Below are positions 46,561 through 59,377 of a DNA stretch of 64,000 bases, piece after piece. The stretch covers positions 66,898,001 to 66,962,000 of the forward strand of contig NW_027266297.1 in NCBI RefSeq assembly GCF_022045235.1, given 5' to 3'. Made by a program: the position numbers and the translations under genes. Under the pieces are notes generated by a model. That model had not been told where the DNA came from. It saw nothing but the letters and a program-made list of their open reading frames with translations, and ran no database searches. Numbering within the stretch: position 1 is the first letter of the stretch; each line of letters opens with the position of its first letter. The stretch is from Haliotis cracherodii (Eukaryota).

Positions 46561-49500
46561 TATTCAACACAACAAAAGTTCCTGTGACACCAATATTTTA
46601 GTGTGTTTTTCAAACAAGTAAAGTTTGGTTTTCAATATTGTAGTACATGTATGGAATCAAGTCACAGAAACGCAACTGCTACAGAAAAGCATGCATTCCA
46701 TGCAAAAGTTGATTTTTATGCAAGCCCAATGCATTTCCCTACCAAAGAATGGGTATAAAAACATGTGCGTTAACGGGATTCCATATGCATTGTTTAGCAA
46801 CAAAATACCTTTATCAACACCGACTTAGACAAACCCTATTCGGTGGAAAGCTATACCAGGGCATTGTGGGTGACATATTTGACGGTCATATCCATCCAAT
46901 GCTACATGTGTAATAATTGCTTCATTTTTTCAATGTCCATGATGAATAGAAATATCTTCTGAAGAGATGTTTTATTGAATATATTATTTGAATATACTTA
47001 ACAAAACAAAACTGAATTATGCGCAAAACACCATAAGAATCCAAACATCCATTGAAACAAACCAGTGTCGAATTGTGTCGAAACATCACCATCGACCCTC
47101 TGAGCCACTGAAGAAATAGTAAGTGAATAACGATGTATCAATAACTAAACATGTAAATATCTGCATCTCTGTGGTCACAAAAGAAGGTTGAAACATGTTG
47201 CTCTGCGCTGTAATCTAAGAGCTACTCTAACTTTGTTGTGCATCGTCCTTGTAGCAGAGATATATCAGCCTCCAATACAGAAGAACCCAGCGGCCTACCA
47301 GATGGGCAACAGGCAGAATCATTCGCCAGGTCCTGAACTCTCTTCCATACGCATATACACCAAACCAGAAGGGTTTGATCAACGTCTGACATCTTTTCTA
47401 CACCTATTCAGAACTCAATAAAACCATACATTATAGATTAAACTATCATCCGTTTGTTCTCAATATCCAAGCGAATCATTCAGCTTACACCTATTTCTTC
47501 TTCATTGTTAATTCAAACTATTTCGAACGCGGAGTTTATTTTATGAATTTACTTCTTAACACCATATATTTGCACCTAACATCATGGCCAATGCCTATTA
47601 CAACATATATGTCTGTCCATATTTTGAATTTGGGTTAAAGGTGCAGTTAGCATGAGAGACCATTGCGTACAAGTTGAGAATATTCATGAGACAGGTGATA
47701 TGAAATGCAAGGGGTATATATTACTGTGCATTATGTACATACGAGCATGAGGTGACGTGCAAATATAGGGTGTTAAGCAAATGGTGGTCAAACCCAATAT
47801 TAACATTGTTAGACCAGCCCCTTTTAGGACGTGTCGCTGTATCTCCTGTTTCCAGGTATGAGATTTTGTCAATGAATGTGTTATAACAAAACACTGATCA
47901 GACGAATGACCAAATAGTGTGTTGGTGAATAACATAACATTTACATCACTTTATATGAAGCACATTTTTTTCCGTTAGTGCATATTATACGCACAAGATA
48001 AATCATGTTGTGTGTACCAGAGTGACTTCGTACAAACAAGTTATCATATCCGCACTCAATACCGTCAAGTGAAATCAAGAAAATGGATTGTGTGCTAACT
48101 TGTAATATCATTTGCGCACAAACAAATATTTTATGCGCGCATGCTAAACACCTTATATCCTTTTAGTAGCATTTTTGTGTGCATGTGTAGTAGTTTGTCG
48201 ACAGAACATGTATATGTACACTATTAAGTCACTGTTGGGCTGCCTTTGTTGATACAGTGGTATTTTACATGGAATATGTAGCAGTACACGGGAGGCAGCA
48301 GCCAACATTACGTGGACACCCCTAATTAACGAAAGTTAAGCAAGACTTGCAATGTTTAGTTCTCCACCGCATGTCACTATTAGGACATTGCAAAATATAT
48401 GGAGTCACAGTCGGATATAGAATTGTGTGATATAGAATCTTTGTTGTCCCTAAAATAGATCATAGGATTTATTTATCGTAATGTTTAAAGGTATTCATAA
48501 CAATTGAGGGGGTGTCATCTTGCAATATCTGCATACCTGACATCGTAACATGTATATGTATGTGGCAGTATTTCTGGAACGTACCCAGAGTATACATTCT
48601 AGGAGGAAAAGCAAAGGGGTATATGATAATTTTGCATGTATATATATATAGTACAATTGAGGGGTGTCATATATACTGATACGAACACATACAAAAACGC
48701 ACAGATAAACACGCACGCACGCACACACGCACGCACTCACGCACACACATATAATTGTGATGAACTTTTGCAGCACATCAGATATCATGCTTCATAAACC
48801 TCTACTGGGGTTCCGAGTTACAATAGGTCCGCAGCAACATAAACTTGTTTGACAGGCAACTAGTTGGAAGCAAACAGGCACATACATCAGTTCATGAAAT
48901 GTAAAATTGTTTTTCGAATTTTGAAAATTGTAATATGTAACATTGCTATCAAATGACAAGTTTCGTTTACTGAAATGTACATATATTAATCCACTTCCTT
49001 GGAAGGTACAGAAATCATTTAAAGAATGGAGAAATTGGTTTGGTTTAGTTATCAATGTTAAGGCGATTTGTATTCATCATATGCTATAGTAGAAACGGTT
49101 TTGAATATTTCAACGGGCGTTTGTAGTTTTGGTTATGAGTTTTGAGTGTTATGAAAATGTTTATACAAACTAGACACGTGATCTGATTGCCTAACGACTA
49201 ATAATAGCCACCTGTGATTTGCTGCATTTCAATGCTGGTGCTGTAGGTAAGTACATATACATCTGAAACAAGCAACTGGTACAAAATATCAAATCGAGAT
49301 GAAAACAAATATACTTCGTAAACTTTAATCTCGGGGTGGCTGTCACCACGTCGTTGTATCGACGTTGATGTTTCTGTTCACTTAGATCCTTTAATCTTGA
49401 CTGAATGTCCGTTCAAGAATATCCACGCTACAACCCATCTTAGTGATCAACTCAAATCAATGCACATCCAAACAATGGTCCCTCGATCCGTAAGTAGTCT

Positions 49501-50974
49501 GACAAATGACAGTGTACGGGCAATCTATAAATTTACCTTGGTACCTATTTAACACATCTTTGCAATTGTGAAGATCTTTCAATGATCTGCCAACTGATCA
49601 ACGATGACTAATACTTGTAATCGCCACTGGTTCATGAACAACTTCGGAAATCTCTTCCGTTGCGCTTATAGTGTCGGTCATTTTGACGTCCCAAATTTGA
49701 TATAAAAATATTACGACGCGTTGTCACTGTGACTGACTTACTGAGGTAGTTCATGCGAGACCTTTTCGTTCAATGATGATATTATTTAGGTATATTATTT
49801 ATTATTTATTTATTTTTGTTATCAAACTATAAAAGATGTTTCTGTATAGCAAGTTGTAACCTCCTTTTCATGAACTTTTTTAATCCGCGTTTCAGATGGT
49901 TGTTGTATGGCTGTCAGTATAAACATGAAGTCACATATACTAAATGAAATTGTTTAATAGATCTAGATATCAAGGGATATAAATTAGTAATATAAAAAAG
50001 AAACGAAAAGTGAAAGTCTGTCTTAAATAACTTACGCAACTAACTATACTGTCTAACCAAACTAGTTTAACATCTATTCCCAGCATATTTTCGCTGTTGT
50101 TAATTAATATCTTACTACTAACAATCATACAAATATCCTACAACTAACAATACTACTACTATACTAATACTAGTACACCAGTACCCGAATATCATCACTG
50201 ATACACTAATACTCACAATGAATAATGAATATTGTGAATTTACAGATAAACATACAAACACATCACTCCAATGTCTCGTCAAAGTCCAATATATAGTCTA
50301 CATTATCAAAGGAATCATGTGACTGTTGTAGACCTTATGTGTAACCCTTAGTCGCAAGAGATTACAGTCCACGGGTTTGTGAGAATATCAGTTTATTCAG
50401 TTAAAGGCATAAAGAAGACACTCCGGAAACAATTTAAAATCACAATATTTCACGTGTTTCAAAATAAATGTACAATAACACATTAAATGTAAAGTATCGA
50501 TCTGCTTCTTAATAACTCATTACATCGTAACAGCAGATACACAAATATATTTCTGCCTCGATATCTAATCAGTGCAGATGTACCTTCATATACAAACACA
50601 ATATAATTACACATTATTAAACGCATAACTGAGGAAATCATTAAGTCATTACATAATCATATTATGCATAATGAATGCACAACATGAACATATTATATAG
50701 ATAAACTATATACAAAACATACCCTGTGTGTGACACGAGAGTGTAACATGCCTTCTGCCAGTCATCTCATTCGACAGTCACATGACCCTAAATACAGATA
50801 CAATATTAATTATAATTAATGATAACAATAGAGGATTAACAGTAACAACAAGGGCATACATGAGTGGGATAACATAGGTAGGTGTGACAACAAAGGGATT
50901 AAGCTATCACAACACGATGGACAGAAAACACATAGCTAGAAGCCAATAGGGGCATGAAGCCAATAAACAGGTGA

Positions 50975-52561
50975 TTATTGGTTGATGAGTTCATAGTAGG
51001 CGGATGGGATGAAATAGCCTTGATCTCTGTTGATTGATGGCTTGTGGCGGCGAATATGGACTGCTTCTGTTAGTTTTCTTTTGGTGAAGTCATGGAGGTT
51101 GTTGGCGAGGATTTGGACGTTGTCCCAGTTGATGATGTGATTGGGACAGTTGATGATATGGTCCGAGATGGCTGATTTGCTGTCGGATTTGGTGGTGGAG
51201 GTTTTATGCTCTTTGATTCTGGTGTTGATTGGGCGGGATGTTTCACCTACGTAAGATTGCCCACAGTTGCAGTCAATTTTGTAGACTACACCTTTAGCCT
51301 CTTGGGGTTTAGATGTGTTCCTGCCGTTGGCTCTTAGCAGGGTGTTGAGGGAGTTGGAGCTGGTGAAGTGGGTGTCGATGTTGGCTTGCTGTTTGAGGAG
51401 GCGGCTGATGATGTGGGAGGCTTTTCCTATGAACGGGAGGGCGATGCGGAAGGGCGCTGATTCGGGTTTAAGGGTTACAGGTCTGGGTGTGGGATGGAGT
51501 ACAGAGGCGATGATTTTGTCGACTAGTTTGGCTGGATAATTGTTGAGGTGGGTGAAGACTTGGCGGAGGTGAGCGATCTCAGGTTTGGGGTCAGCAGAGG
51601 AAAGGTTGATGGCACGTTTGGTAAGGGTGGAGATGATGCCAGTCTTGGTTCTAAGAGGGTGGTTTGAGTTGAAGTGGATATACTGGTCGGTGTGGGTGGG
51701 CTTCCGGTAGACACTGGTTTGGATTCTGTTAGCTGAGTTTCTACAGACGAGGACATCTAGGAAGGGTAGCTGGTTGTCCTTTTCTGTTTCGATGGTGAAC
51801 TGTACTCGGGGGTGTTGTTGGTTAAGATGTTGTAGTAGCAGGGTTGGGTCTTGGTCTTGTTTGAGGATGACAAAGGTGTCGTCAACTTTCCTGTACCAGC
51901 AAATAGGTTGGATCGGTGATGTTGTGAGGGCTTGCTGTTCGAAGTGGGTCATGTAGATTTCAGTAAGGATAGGAGACAGTGGGGATCCCATGGGTAGGCC
52001 GTGTATCTGTTGATAATACTCGTCGCCCCAGGTGAAGTATGTGGTGGAGATACAGGCGGTGGTGAGGGCGATGATGGATTCGGTGGTTAGGCTGGTTTCA
52101 GGAGGGGTTTCAGTGATGCGACGGCGGAGAATTTGCAGAGTGTCATCTATGGGTACGTTGGTGAAAAGGTCTACTACATCGTAACTGATGATTTGATCTG
52201 GATTGGTGATGTTCTTGAGTTTGGAGCAGAAGTCCGTGGAGTCAGAGATGAAGGAGTCGGCTGTTTTTCCTAAGGGGGCAAGGATCCTGGTTAGGTGTTG
52301 GGCCGTTTTGTAGAAGACAGTATCTCGGGAGCACACAAGTAGACGGGCTTTAGGAGGGTTCTTGTGGATTTTGATGGTGGCTCTGGCATAGGGTGGCTGG
52401 GGGTGGTTGATGGAGAGTTGGTGGTGAAGAGCTTGGGTAATTTCAAAGTTGTCTTTAAGTTGTTTGAGGAGGGTTTTATGTTGGCGGAGGAGTTTGGCGG
52501 TTGGGTCCTTCTTGATCTTGGAGTTGCATCGACCTTTGCACCCAATTATAAATGCATACAC
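50975..52561 (-). mobile_element. Penelope-like element: 5'-truncated RT + GIY-YIG endonuclease ORF
   Basis: KIHK, SYDVVDLFTNVP, GLPMGSPLSP, YRKVDD, LPFLD and VYRKPTHT; GVVYKIDCNCGQSYVGETSR...RIKEH...E...INRDQG. Strong strand skew starts at about 52520, the likely truncation point. Confidence 0.93.
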
Positions 52562-53237
52562 TTCTAGTATGTTGCTGACGTCTCACGTTGAGACTGTAGC
52601 CTCCACGGGACACTTGCTGGCCGCCTGTCTGGGATGTACGATAGCTGAATAATTGCCATGATGTGATAGAGTGACTTGCCAAAATCTAGTTTTATACTTT
52701 TCAATGTGATGTGATTAAAGTAAAGGAAGTGATATACATTGACACTGGTTTTTCAGTCTAATGCTAATTCCATTGATCTTTGAAACAAAACAAAATGTAA
52801 ACAGTCATGCATGCTAACATCTCTACTTAGTCTACGATAAACTGCTAGTTTGTTCTTTTATCCTGACTCTTATCTCGAAGCAGAGATAAGTCAAACATTA
52901 GTGGTTCAGTCCATTTACATAAATGGGGGTGCAGGCACATTATTTTAAAGTCGACGTGTTTTCTTCATATCCTGTACTTACAGATTGATCCTTGTCAGAA
53001 TTATGTTGATCAGGTCTAATACTGTTGCCATGGTTGTCAAAAATAATCAGCATCGGTTTCGGGAAACTCATACGCATTAAGCTTGTCTTCTCTTCACTCC
53101 GATCTCTATAGGTCTGTGTCCACTTGCTGAATAATCAATCGGTTTTTTTATTATTTGCCCAACTCTATCGTGAGTTTGCCATGTGTGTTTTTACTAGTCT
53201 AAGATATCATCTTTAATGAATATATCCACCATTGTAA

Positions 53238-54551
53238 GGCTACCCGCTTACTTTCGCGAGGTTGGCCGCGATATATCACGATGTTAAGCTCGTGCTCGTG
53301 ATACATCGTAAGAGATCGTGGTTTTGTCACGATGTCGGAGATATTTTGGACGTGTTCAGAATATGCCCAATATTCTGGTGACACCGTGTCCTGCTCGTGT
53401 ACATGTGTATATCGTATTACATTCGTAATGAGCTCGTGTTTTATTTGTGACCGACGTGAACATAATGTTTTCACGATTGACACGATGTGCATTCGATGTC
53501 TACACGATAGACAAGATGTGAGTACGATTTATACGAGCACAACACGGGAGATTATTTACAGTCCGCCGTCATTTAGCTGAATTATTGCTGGGCACAGCTT
53601 TAAAAAACAAACAAATACACACATTTAAGTGAGCTTCTTTATCATGAACGATGAACGCCTGATCTTCCTGTGACACATCCTCCTACAATATTTGTTTCAT
53701 TGGAGTGAGTGAGTGAGTGAGTGAGTGAGTGAGTGAGTGAGTTGGGCTTAACACCACTTTGAACAATAATTCAGGTATATCACGGCGTGTCAGCTTAATA
53801 TGGGAGGAAAAGTGATGCAAGTCTCAGACGTTCACCACTTTGGTGAAACCTGCAAACACGAGTATGATATCGAAAAAACACGAAACATAATTGATGGCCA
53901 GGCGTGGTGCTGTCCCCAGTGGTTCCCTCATGAAGGAAACCTGCCTCTCTGTCCTTTAACCGACCCAATCCAGAAGCTCTCGTGCCAGGTCCTGCAGCAA
54001 GGTGTCGTGGAAGCCGTTCTGCGGCCAATATAGAAGCAAAGTCCTCACCCAAACCTTGCGCTGGACATGGGCGTGGCGTTGGTCCTCCTCTTCTCTTCGC
54101 TTACGTCTACGGACAACCAGGATGGGGGCCGCAACCACATACCGCAGTCTATACTGGAAATCAACAGTCAGCCGCTTGTGTGCCATGTTGCTGCGATAAG
54201 CACCCTGCAGTTTATGCTGCGAATTATCAATGAAACGCTCCAAAATTCGGCCCAGTTCTGGTTGTGGTTTAGTCGACATCGTGATATAGATCGTGCTAAT
54301 GGCGTAGTAAGCTCGTAAATAAACACGTACGATAAAGTCTATATCGTGCCAACATCGGTATGATTTCGTTGTGACATCGCACTGACATCGTACTATACTC
54401 GTGTTATGTTCGCAGTAAGCTCGTGATGTGCTCGTACTACATCGTGCTAGTGTCGTGTGCACTTCATTCACAAACACGATTTTATAATCAGTACCATATT
54501 TAACACTTTGTGATATATCGAGGTCAGCATCGCGAAAGCCAGCGGATAGCA
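53238..54551 (-). mobile_element. Internally deleted PIF/Harbinger DNA transposon
   Basis: Terminal inverted repeats of about 40 bp (GCTACCCGCTTACTTTCGCGAGGTTGGCCGCGATATATCAC vs reverse complement GCTATCCGCTGGCTTTCGCGATGCTGACCTCGATATATCAC), TAA on both flanks. Internal minus-strand remnant RKVWVRTLL...GFHDTLLQDL and MREPL..APRLAI resembles a Harbinger transposase N-terminus. Confidence 0.75.
53703..53892 (-). mobile_element. Partial family B SINE with expanded (GTGA)n tail, inside the Harbinger element
   Basis: Matches 24414-24590. Confidence 0.8.
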
Positions 54552-54714
54552 TAAGTCTGGTAATCGCTGCATGCATAGAACGTATGTCATTTCGGAAATA
54601 TCACTGATAGGGAGGATAATGAATAACTACAGAGGGGTTGTTTTCTAAACTTGTGATCATCTTCTATATATTGAATACTAAACTCGCTCCCGTGTAATAC
54701 CAATTTCATAAAAG

Positions 54715-55878
54715 GAAGTCTCTTGTTGCTCTCAGAGTGTGGGCACGGGCGTTATCATGCTGAAACCCGTGGTTGCAGCGACGTGCCAAATGAGGTATGG
54801 CGTGTGGTCTTAAGACTTGATCAATGTACCGAGTTGCTGTGACACCATTGCCTCTCCTTGAACTGATGTTCTTGAAGACCACAGGGCCGACCCTCTGAGC
54901 AAGACCAATTCCACCCTACACCATGATGCTCGGACCACCCACGAGTCTCTCTCAACAACACAAGCATCCGAATAACGTTCNNNNNNNNNNNNNNNNNNNN
55001 NNNNNNNNNNNNNNNNNNNNNNNNNNNNNNNNNNNNNNNNNNNNNNNNNNNNNNNNNNNNNNNNNNNNNNNNNNNNNNNNNNNNNNNNNNNNNNNNNNNN
55101 NNNNNNNNNNNNNCGGCTCTCGTCTGAGAAGAGGACTCTTCTCCAGTGTTGGTGGCGCCAATGCTGGTGCTGTGTTGCCCATCCAAGACGGTCCCGGCAA
55201 TAACGTGGTGGCAGAATGGGTCCTCGGTGTGGCCTGTGACAGTGGAGGTGTCTGCTCGTCAATCGTCGACGTACGGTGTCCGCACTAATGTATCGCTGGT
55301 GTGTCCCCAAGGTCAGTCGAGCAGTTTCCACAGCAGTAACAAAGCGATCTTGAAGATGCTGTCGCACAATCTGATGATCCTGACGTCAGGTGGTGACCCA
55401 TGGTCTTCCACTACCTGGTCGGTCATCTGTAGTGTTGGTGGTCTGGTACCGTTGCTGGAGCCTGTATATGATCCTTACGTGGACAATGCATTGGCTACTT
55501 GCCGGGCGGTATGTCCATCTTGCAATCGTCCAAAGGCTTGGTGTCGCTGATTTCTTGTCAATCTTGGCATGTGGTTGCAATTCAAAAACGAATGAATGTT
55601 ATCCGATCTGGGTGGATGTTTATAGGGCAAGAAATGGGGGAACGCATGTGCATTTCAATTTGCATGCAACTCACGTGCAGCGGGTTACAATGGCCGTTGT
55701 CATGATGCGTTTGGGCGATCATTTTTTTAGTCATATGCTTTGTTTTTTTATCATCAAATTTAATTTTTCCGGATAAGGTAATGTTAAATTTTATAAACTT
55801 TGACAATTACCCAGATATATAAATGACAACTTTTCATGAAATGTTACTTGGGGTGACGTTTCTTTTGCGGTTCAATAT
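54715..55878 (-). mobile_element. Tc1/mariner relic spanning an assembly gap
   Basis: TDDRPGSGRP, TVRRRL, WRRVLFSDES and FQHDNARAH motifs; one terminus TATATTGAACCGCAAAAGAAACGTCACCCC (reverse complement of about 55851-55879). Confidence 0.85.
54981..55113. other. Assembly gap
   Basis: Run of N. Confidence 1.
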
Positions 55879-56199
55879 AGATATATAGTATGATATAAAA
55901 TGTGCTAAAACGACTCAACAGCATAATTCCTCTATAGTTATTAGGCAATGATTGTCATCTGATCCACCAGATTTGGATGATATTAACTTCATAATGCCTT
56001 GATATATTTCAGCTTGTGTAGTTTGTTCATCTAAAATGATCAAGTTGATTGACACCTGAACTTGTACATCGCAGGAGACGCGCGTGCACTTGTCTCAGCG
56101 TGACCAATAGTGTGACTGAAAGGAGCACGTTACAGGCAGATGTGATCATTCTAACCTCGATTTGATATTGAATGCACAAATTGATGTAAACAAAGAAGA

Positions 56200-56770
56200 T
56201 GAAGCTTTAACATAGACATCAACGCTTGCTACCAAAGAGACCACAAATGTGAAGTCACTGACACTAGCATCTTTTCATCTGTTATTAAATATATTCATAT
56301 CAAAAGATGTACATCGATCTAAAAGATGTACATAGATCTAGAAGTTGATGTCCAAATGATTAGTTGATTTCTGACATGAAAGGCAGTGTAGATTCAGGCT
56401 GTCAGATAATAAGTCATAAAAGTCAATGTCTAAAAGTGATGCTATATCGTCTTCTACCGAATCCACACAAGTCACAGACCGTGGGTTGAAATCACCACCA
56501 ATTATCACAATAACATCTTCTGTAATCTGCAGGACATCTTGCATTGTTTCTTGGAGTATATGAATGCCAACTTTTTACCAGCATATCAATAATGCATATT
56601 TTTCCATATTAAAAACAGACTCATATAGCACCAAGAAAGCTGCATTTTCCCCAACGCAAGTTTTCCTCACCCAGAGAACGGTACCACCTGAGATTCGCCC
56701 ATGGTTGGCTGTTCTTACTGCATTAAAACAATATGTAATGTTATCACTGAAAATATCATTGTCAATGTCA
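56200..56770 (-). mobile_element. Highly degenerate LINE AP-endonuclease fragment
   Basis: VIIGGDFNPR and GRISGG motifs, similar to the N-terminus of the ORF2 at 12201-15707. Confidence 0.55.
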
Positions 56771-57968
56771 CATTATTATTAGCAGTAGCACCGCTTTGGT
56801 TTCCCTGTTGTCCATAAGATAACAAGCAGAGAAGCATGACTTGACTCGCTATGTTGTCTGTATTTGCATGTAAAACATTTCTATGCATAACACTAAATAT
56901 AAGGTGGTCTCGTATAGGTTTCTGGTGGTCTGTGTCCTTGCTTTAAAATCAATCACCTATCATTGCATATTGATTATGTATTTGGAATTGAACTGAGATT
57001 TTATCATGTCGACACAAGTGTAGTTGGTTGTGTTTGCGCTTTGGCTCATTGTCAGAACTGACTTATTTACGTCAGAGACAGAAATAAACAATCATGTATT
57101 CATAAAAATGATAAACGTGAAGTTTGGATTCTATTGGATTACTATTGGATTCGCTAGAACTGACCATAACAGAATCTGCTAAAACGTAGGACTAGAAGAC
57201 GTCAGTAGACTTGTTCTTGTTCAATACATTTGTACTTGAGGTGAACAAAATGTAAGCTGACATGTTGCATCATTTTAATACTGCCTTGTGAGAGTACAGT
57301 GGTAACAGCAGGGAAGGGGAGGTACAGCTCTTGCAGCCTATACTAACCCCCTTTCCTGTTCTGTTAGTTTTAATATTCATGGGTTCCCGGCAATCTTGAC
57401 ATGCCAAAATATTAAACACCTGCTCAAGATATTTTGGATATTTTAGTCTGCTTAAGAGATTAGTTGTAAATAAAAAACGACAAAGCCCTTTCCATAATTA
57501 TACAAAATAGCCCATTTACTGTTTGCAGTGACAGAAATGTTGTTTGTTAGATATGCATGTAAAAAACACAGAACGTCAATGCCAGAGAACAACTATCCTA
57601 CCATTCACTTTCCATAAACATATAAAATCTGTAAAAAAGCATGTAAACCTACATCATTAGCATATGTTACTACCATGCATTTATTTCCGACTTATCCACC
57701 ATCCACATGATATCGTGATTAAGTGAATGTATCCATTAAACATGACACTCCTCCCTGAGGTAACAGGTGGCAAAAATAGGTAAACAGTGTGTATATTTGT
57801 CAGTCGTGTATCAGTAGTATGTGGTTCTGAATGCCCCAGGGAAACTGTTGGTATTAGACATGGCTAATTGCATGCCAAGTCAACGATATAATTCATTCAT
57901 ATTATAGAATTGTGCCTCTATTTTATCTCAATATACTTTTAGGTTAGAAACATTTGGTTCCCGCCTCA

Positions 57969-58963
57969 ATGGAATCTCATACGTTTGGAAAGTGGGACTA
58001 CATAGTGTTTGGTGTCATGGTGGCCGTCTCGGTGAGTATTGGCATATATCAAGCCATAGTCGGCAGACATGGTAGACTGGAGGAATACCTTCTGGCTGGA
58101 CGCTCAATGACCTTCTTCCCCGTAGCGTTGTCGTTGATGGCGACGTTCACGTCGTCAATTACCATGCTTGGAGCGTCAGCAGAGGCGTACAGCCATGGCA
58201 TCATGTGGATTCTCAGTGAGATAGCCTTCTCCGTGGGAAACCTTCTGGAATTATACCTGTTGTTGCCCCTTCTGAAGAGACTCAATATCTCCAGCCCATT
58301 CCAGGTAACGCTTGAAACATTTTTTGTCGCTAAAACATTATGCTGACGTCATGTTCTTGTGGTTGATCTGAGCCATTAATTCGCTGGCCCTTCTGAATGA
58401 GCATTTAAAAGAAGAAAATCCGAAGCAACTGTAGATCATAATGCAAAACCATTAGAATCTGTGGATTCGGGAATAACAATCATCAGATTCTCTTCATTTC
58501 TCCGTTGCATAATGCTCTGTATTACACCGCTGCATTTGGTAGTACACTTACGCACGTTTGACAGGCACAAGACCAATGTGACTCCGTGTGTAGTAGTTTC
58601 ATTGATCTGTCTCCTTCGTGGCCATCAGTGGCCGTTACATACGACAGGCGCCTTTGGTCGTGGTGCTGTTGTGATACTGGTATTCCAAACTATGACCGAC
58701 ATCTGTAATCATGAGCTTAAATTATCGATACTCAAGATTAAATAATAGATCATTGTTGTAGTAATGTTGCTCTTTCACCATGTTCATTGATATTTGACGG
58801 ACTAAAGAATGCATAAATTGTTAGAAGCCTTTAATGATCGGAGTTTACTGACATACATATGAAAACGGTTTCTGTTTTATTAATTGTTTTTCAGTTCCTT
58901 GAAGGCCGCTTCAAATCCCGAGCTCTGCGCATCATAGCTACTGTGCTGGCGTGTGTTCAGAAC
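57969..58963 (+). CDS. SLC5 sodium/solute symporter (SMCT/NIS/SMVT subgroup), first two coding exons; gene continues beyond the LINE or the window
   Basis: Exon 57969-58304: WDYIVFGVMVAVSVSIGIYQA...EYLLAGRSM..FPVALSLMATFTSSITMLG..AEAYSHG; exon 58895-58963: FLEGRFKSRALRIIA; phase 0 GT-AG junctions. Confidence 0.9.
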
Positions 58964-58982
58964 GTAAGACTCCATTATACAG

Positions 58983-59304
58983 GTGAGGTGAGGTGAAATG
59001 GGGTTTAACGTCGCGTCCAAGATTATTGCACTTATATAGCGACGTGCATGTACGTGTGTGTGTGCTTGTTTGGCTTCTTGTACTAGTCCGGACTGATGCC
59101 GATTTATAGTGCTAGCTCACTGAGATACCATGCCGCAGTTTAACATGAATACCCCACTCAGACACAGTATACTGACACCGAGCCGACCAGTCCTTGTTTT
59201 AGCCCCTTAATGCCGAGCGTCGGACAGGGTAACAACAAGTACCATCTTTTAACGTCTTAACGCTCTCCGGGCGGACGCTCTACCACTAGACCATGGAGGC
59301 GGTC
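58983..59304 (-). mobile_element. Family C SINE with 11-bp TSD
   Basis: A box TGGTCTAGTGG (B box deleted), (CACCT)n tail; TSD CCATTATACAG at 58972-58982 and 59305-59315. Confidence 0.88.
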
Positions 59305-59377
59305 CCATTATACAGACAGTGATATAGTCGATGTGTAGGTGGTGGTGGGGATCTGCACTGAGGCGGTCCAGGATGAT

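Noticed and set aside
46600-50750. Short ORFs and possible exons in an AT-rich stretch
   Set aside because: No motifs or consistent splice phases; only microsatellites and unassignable repeat debris.
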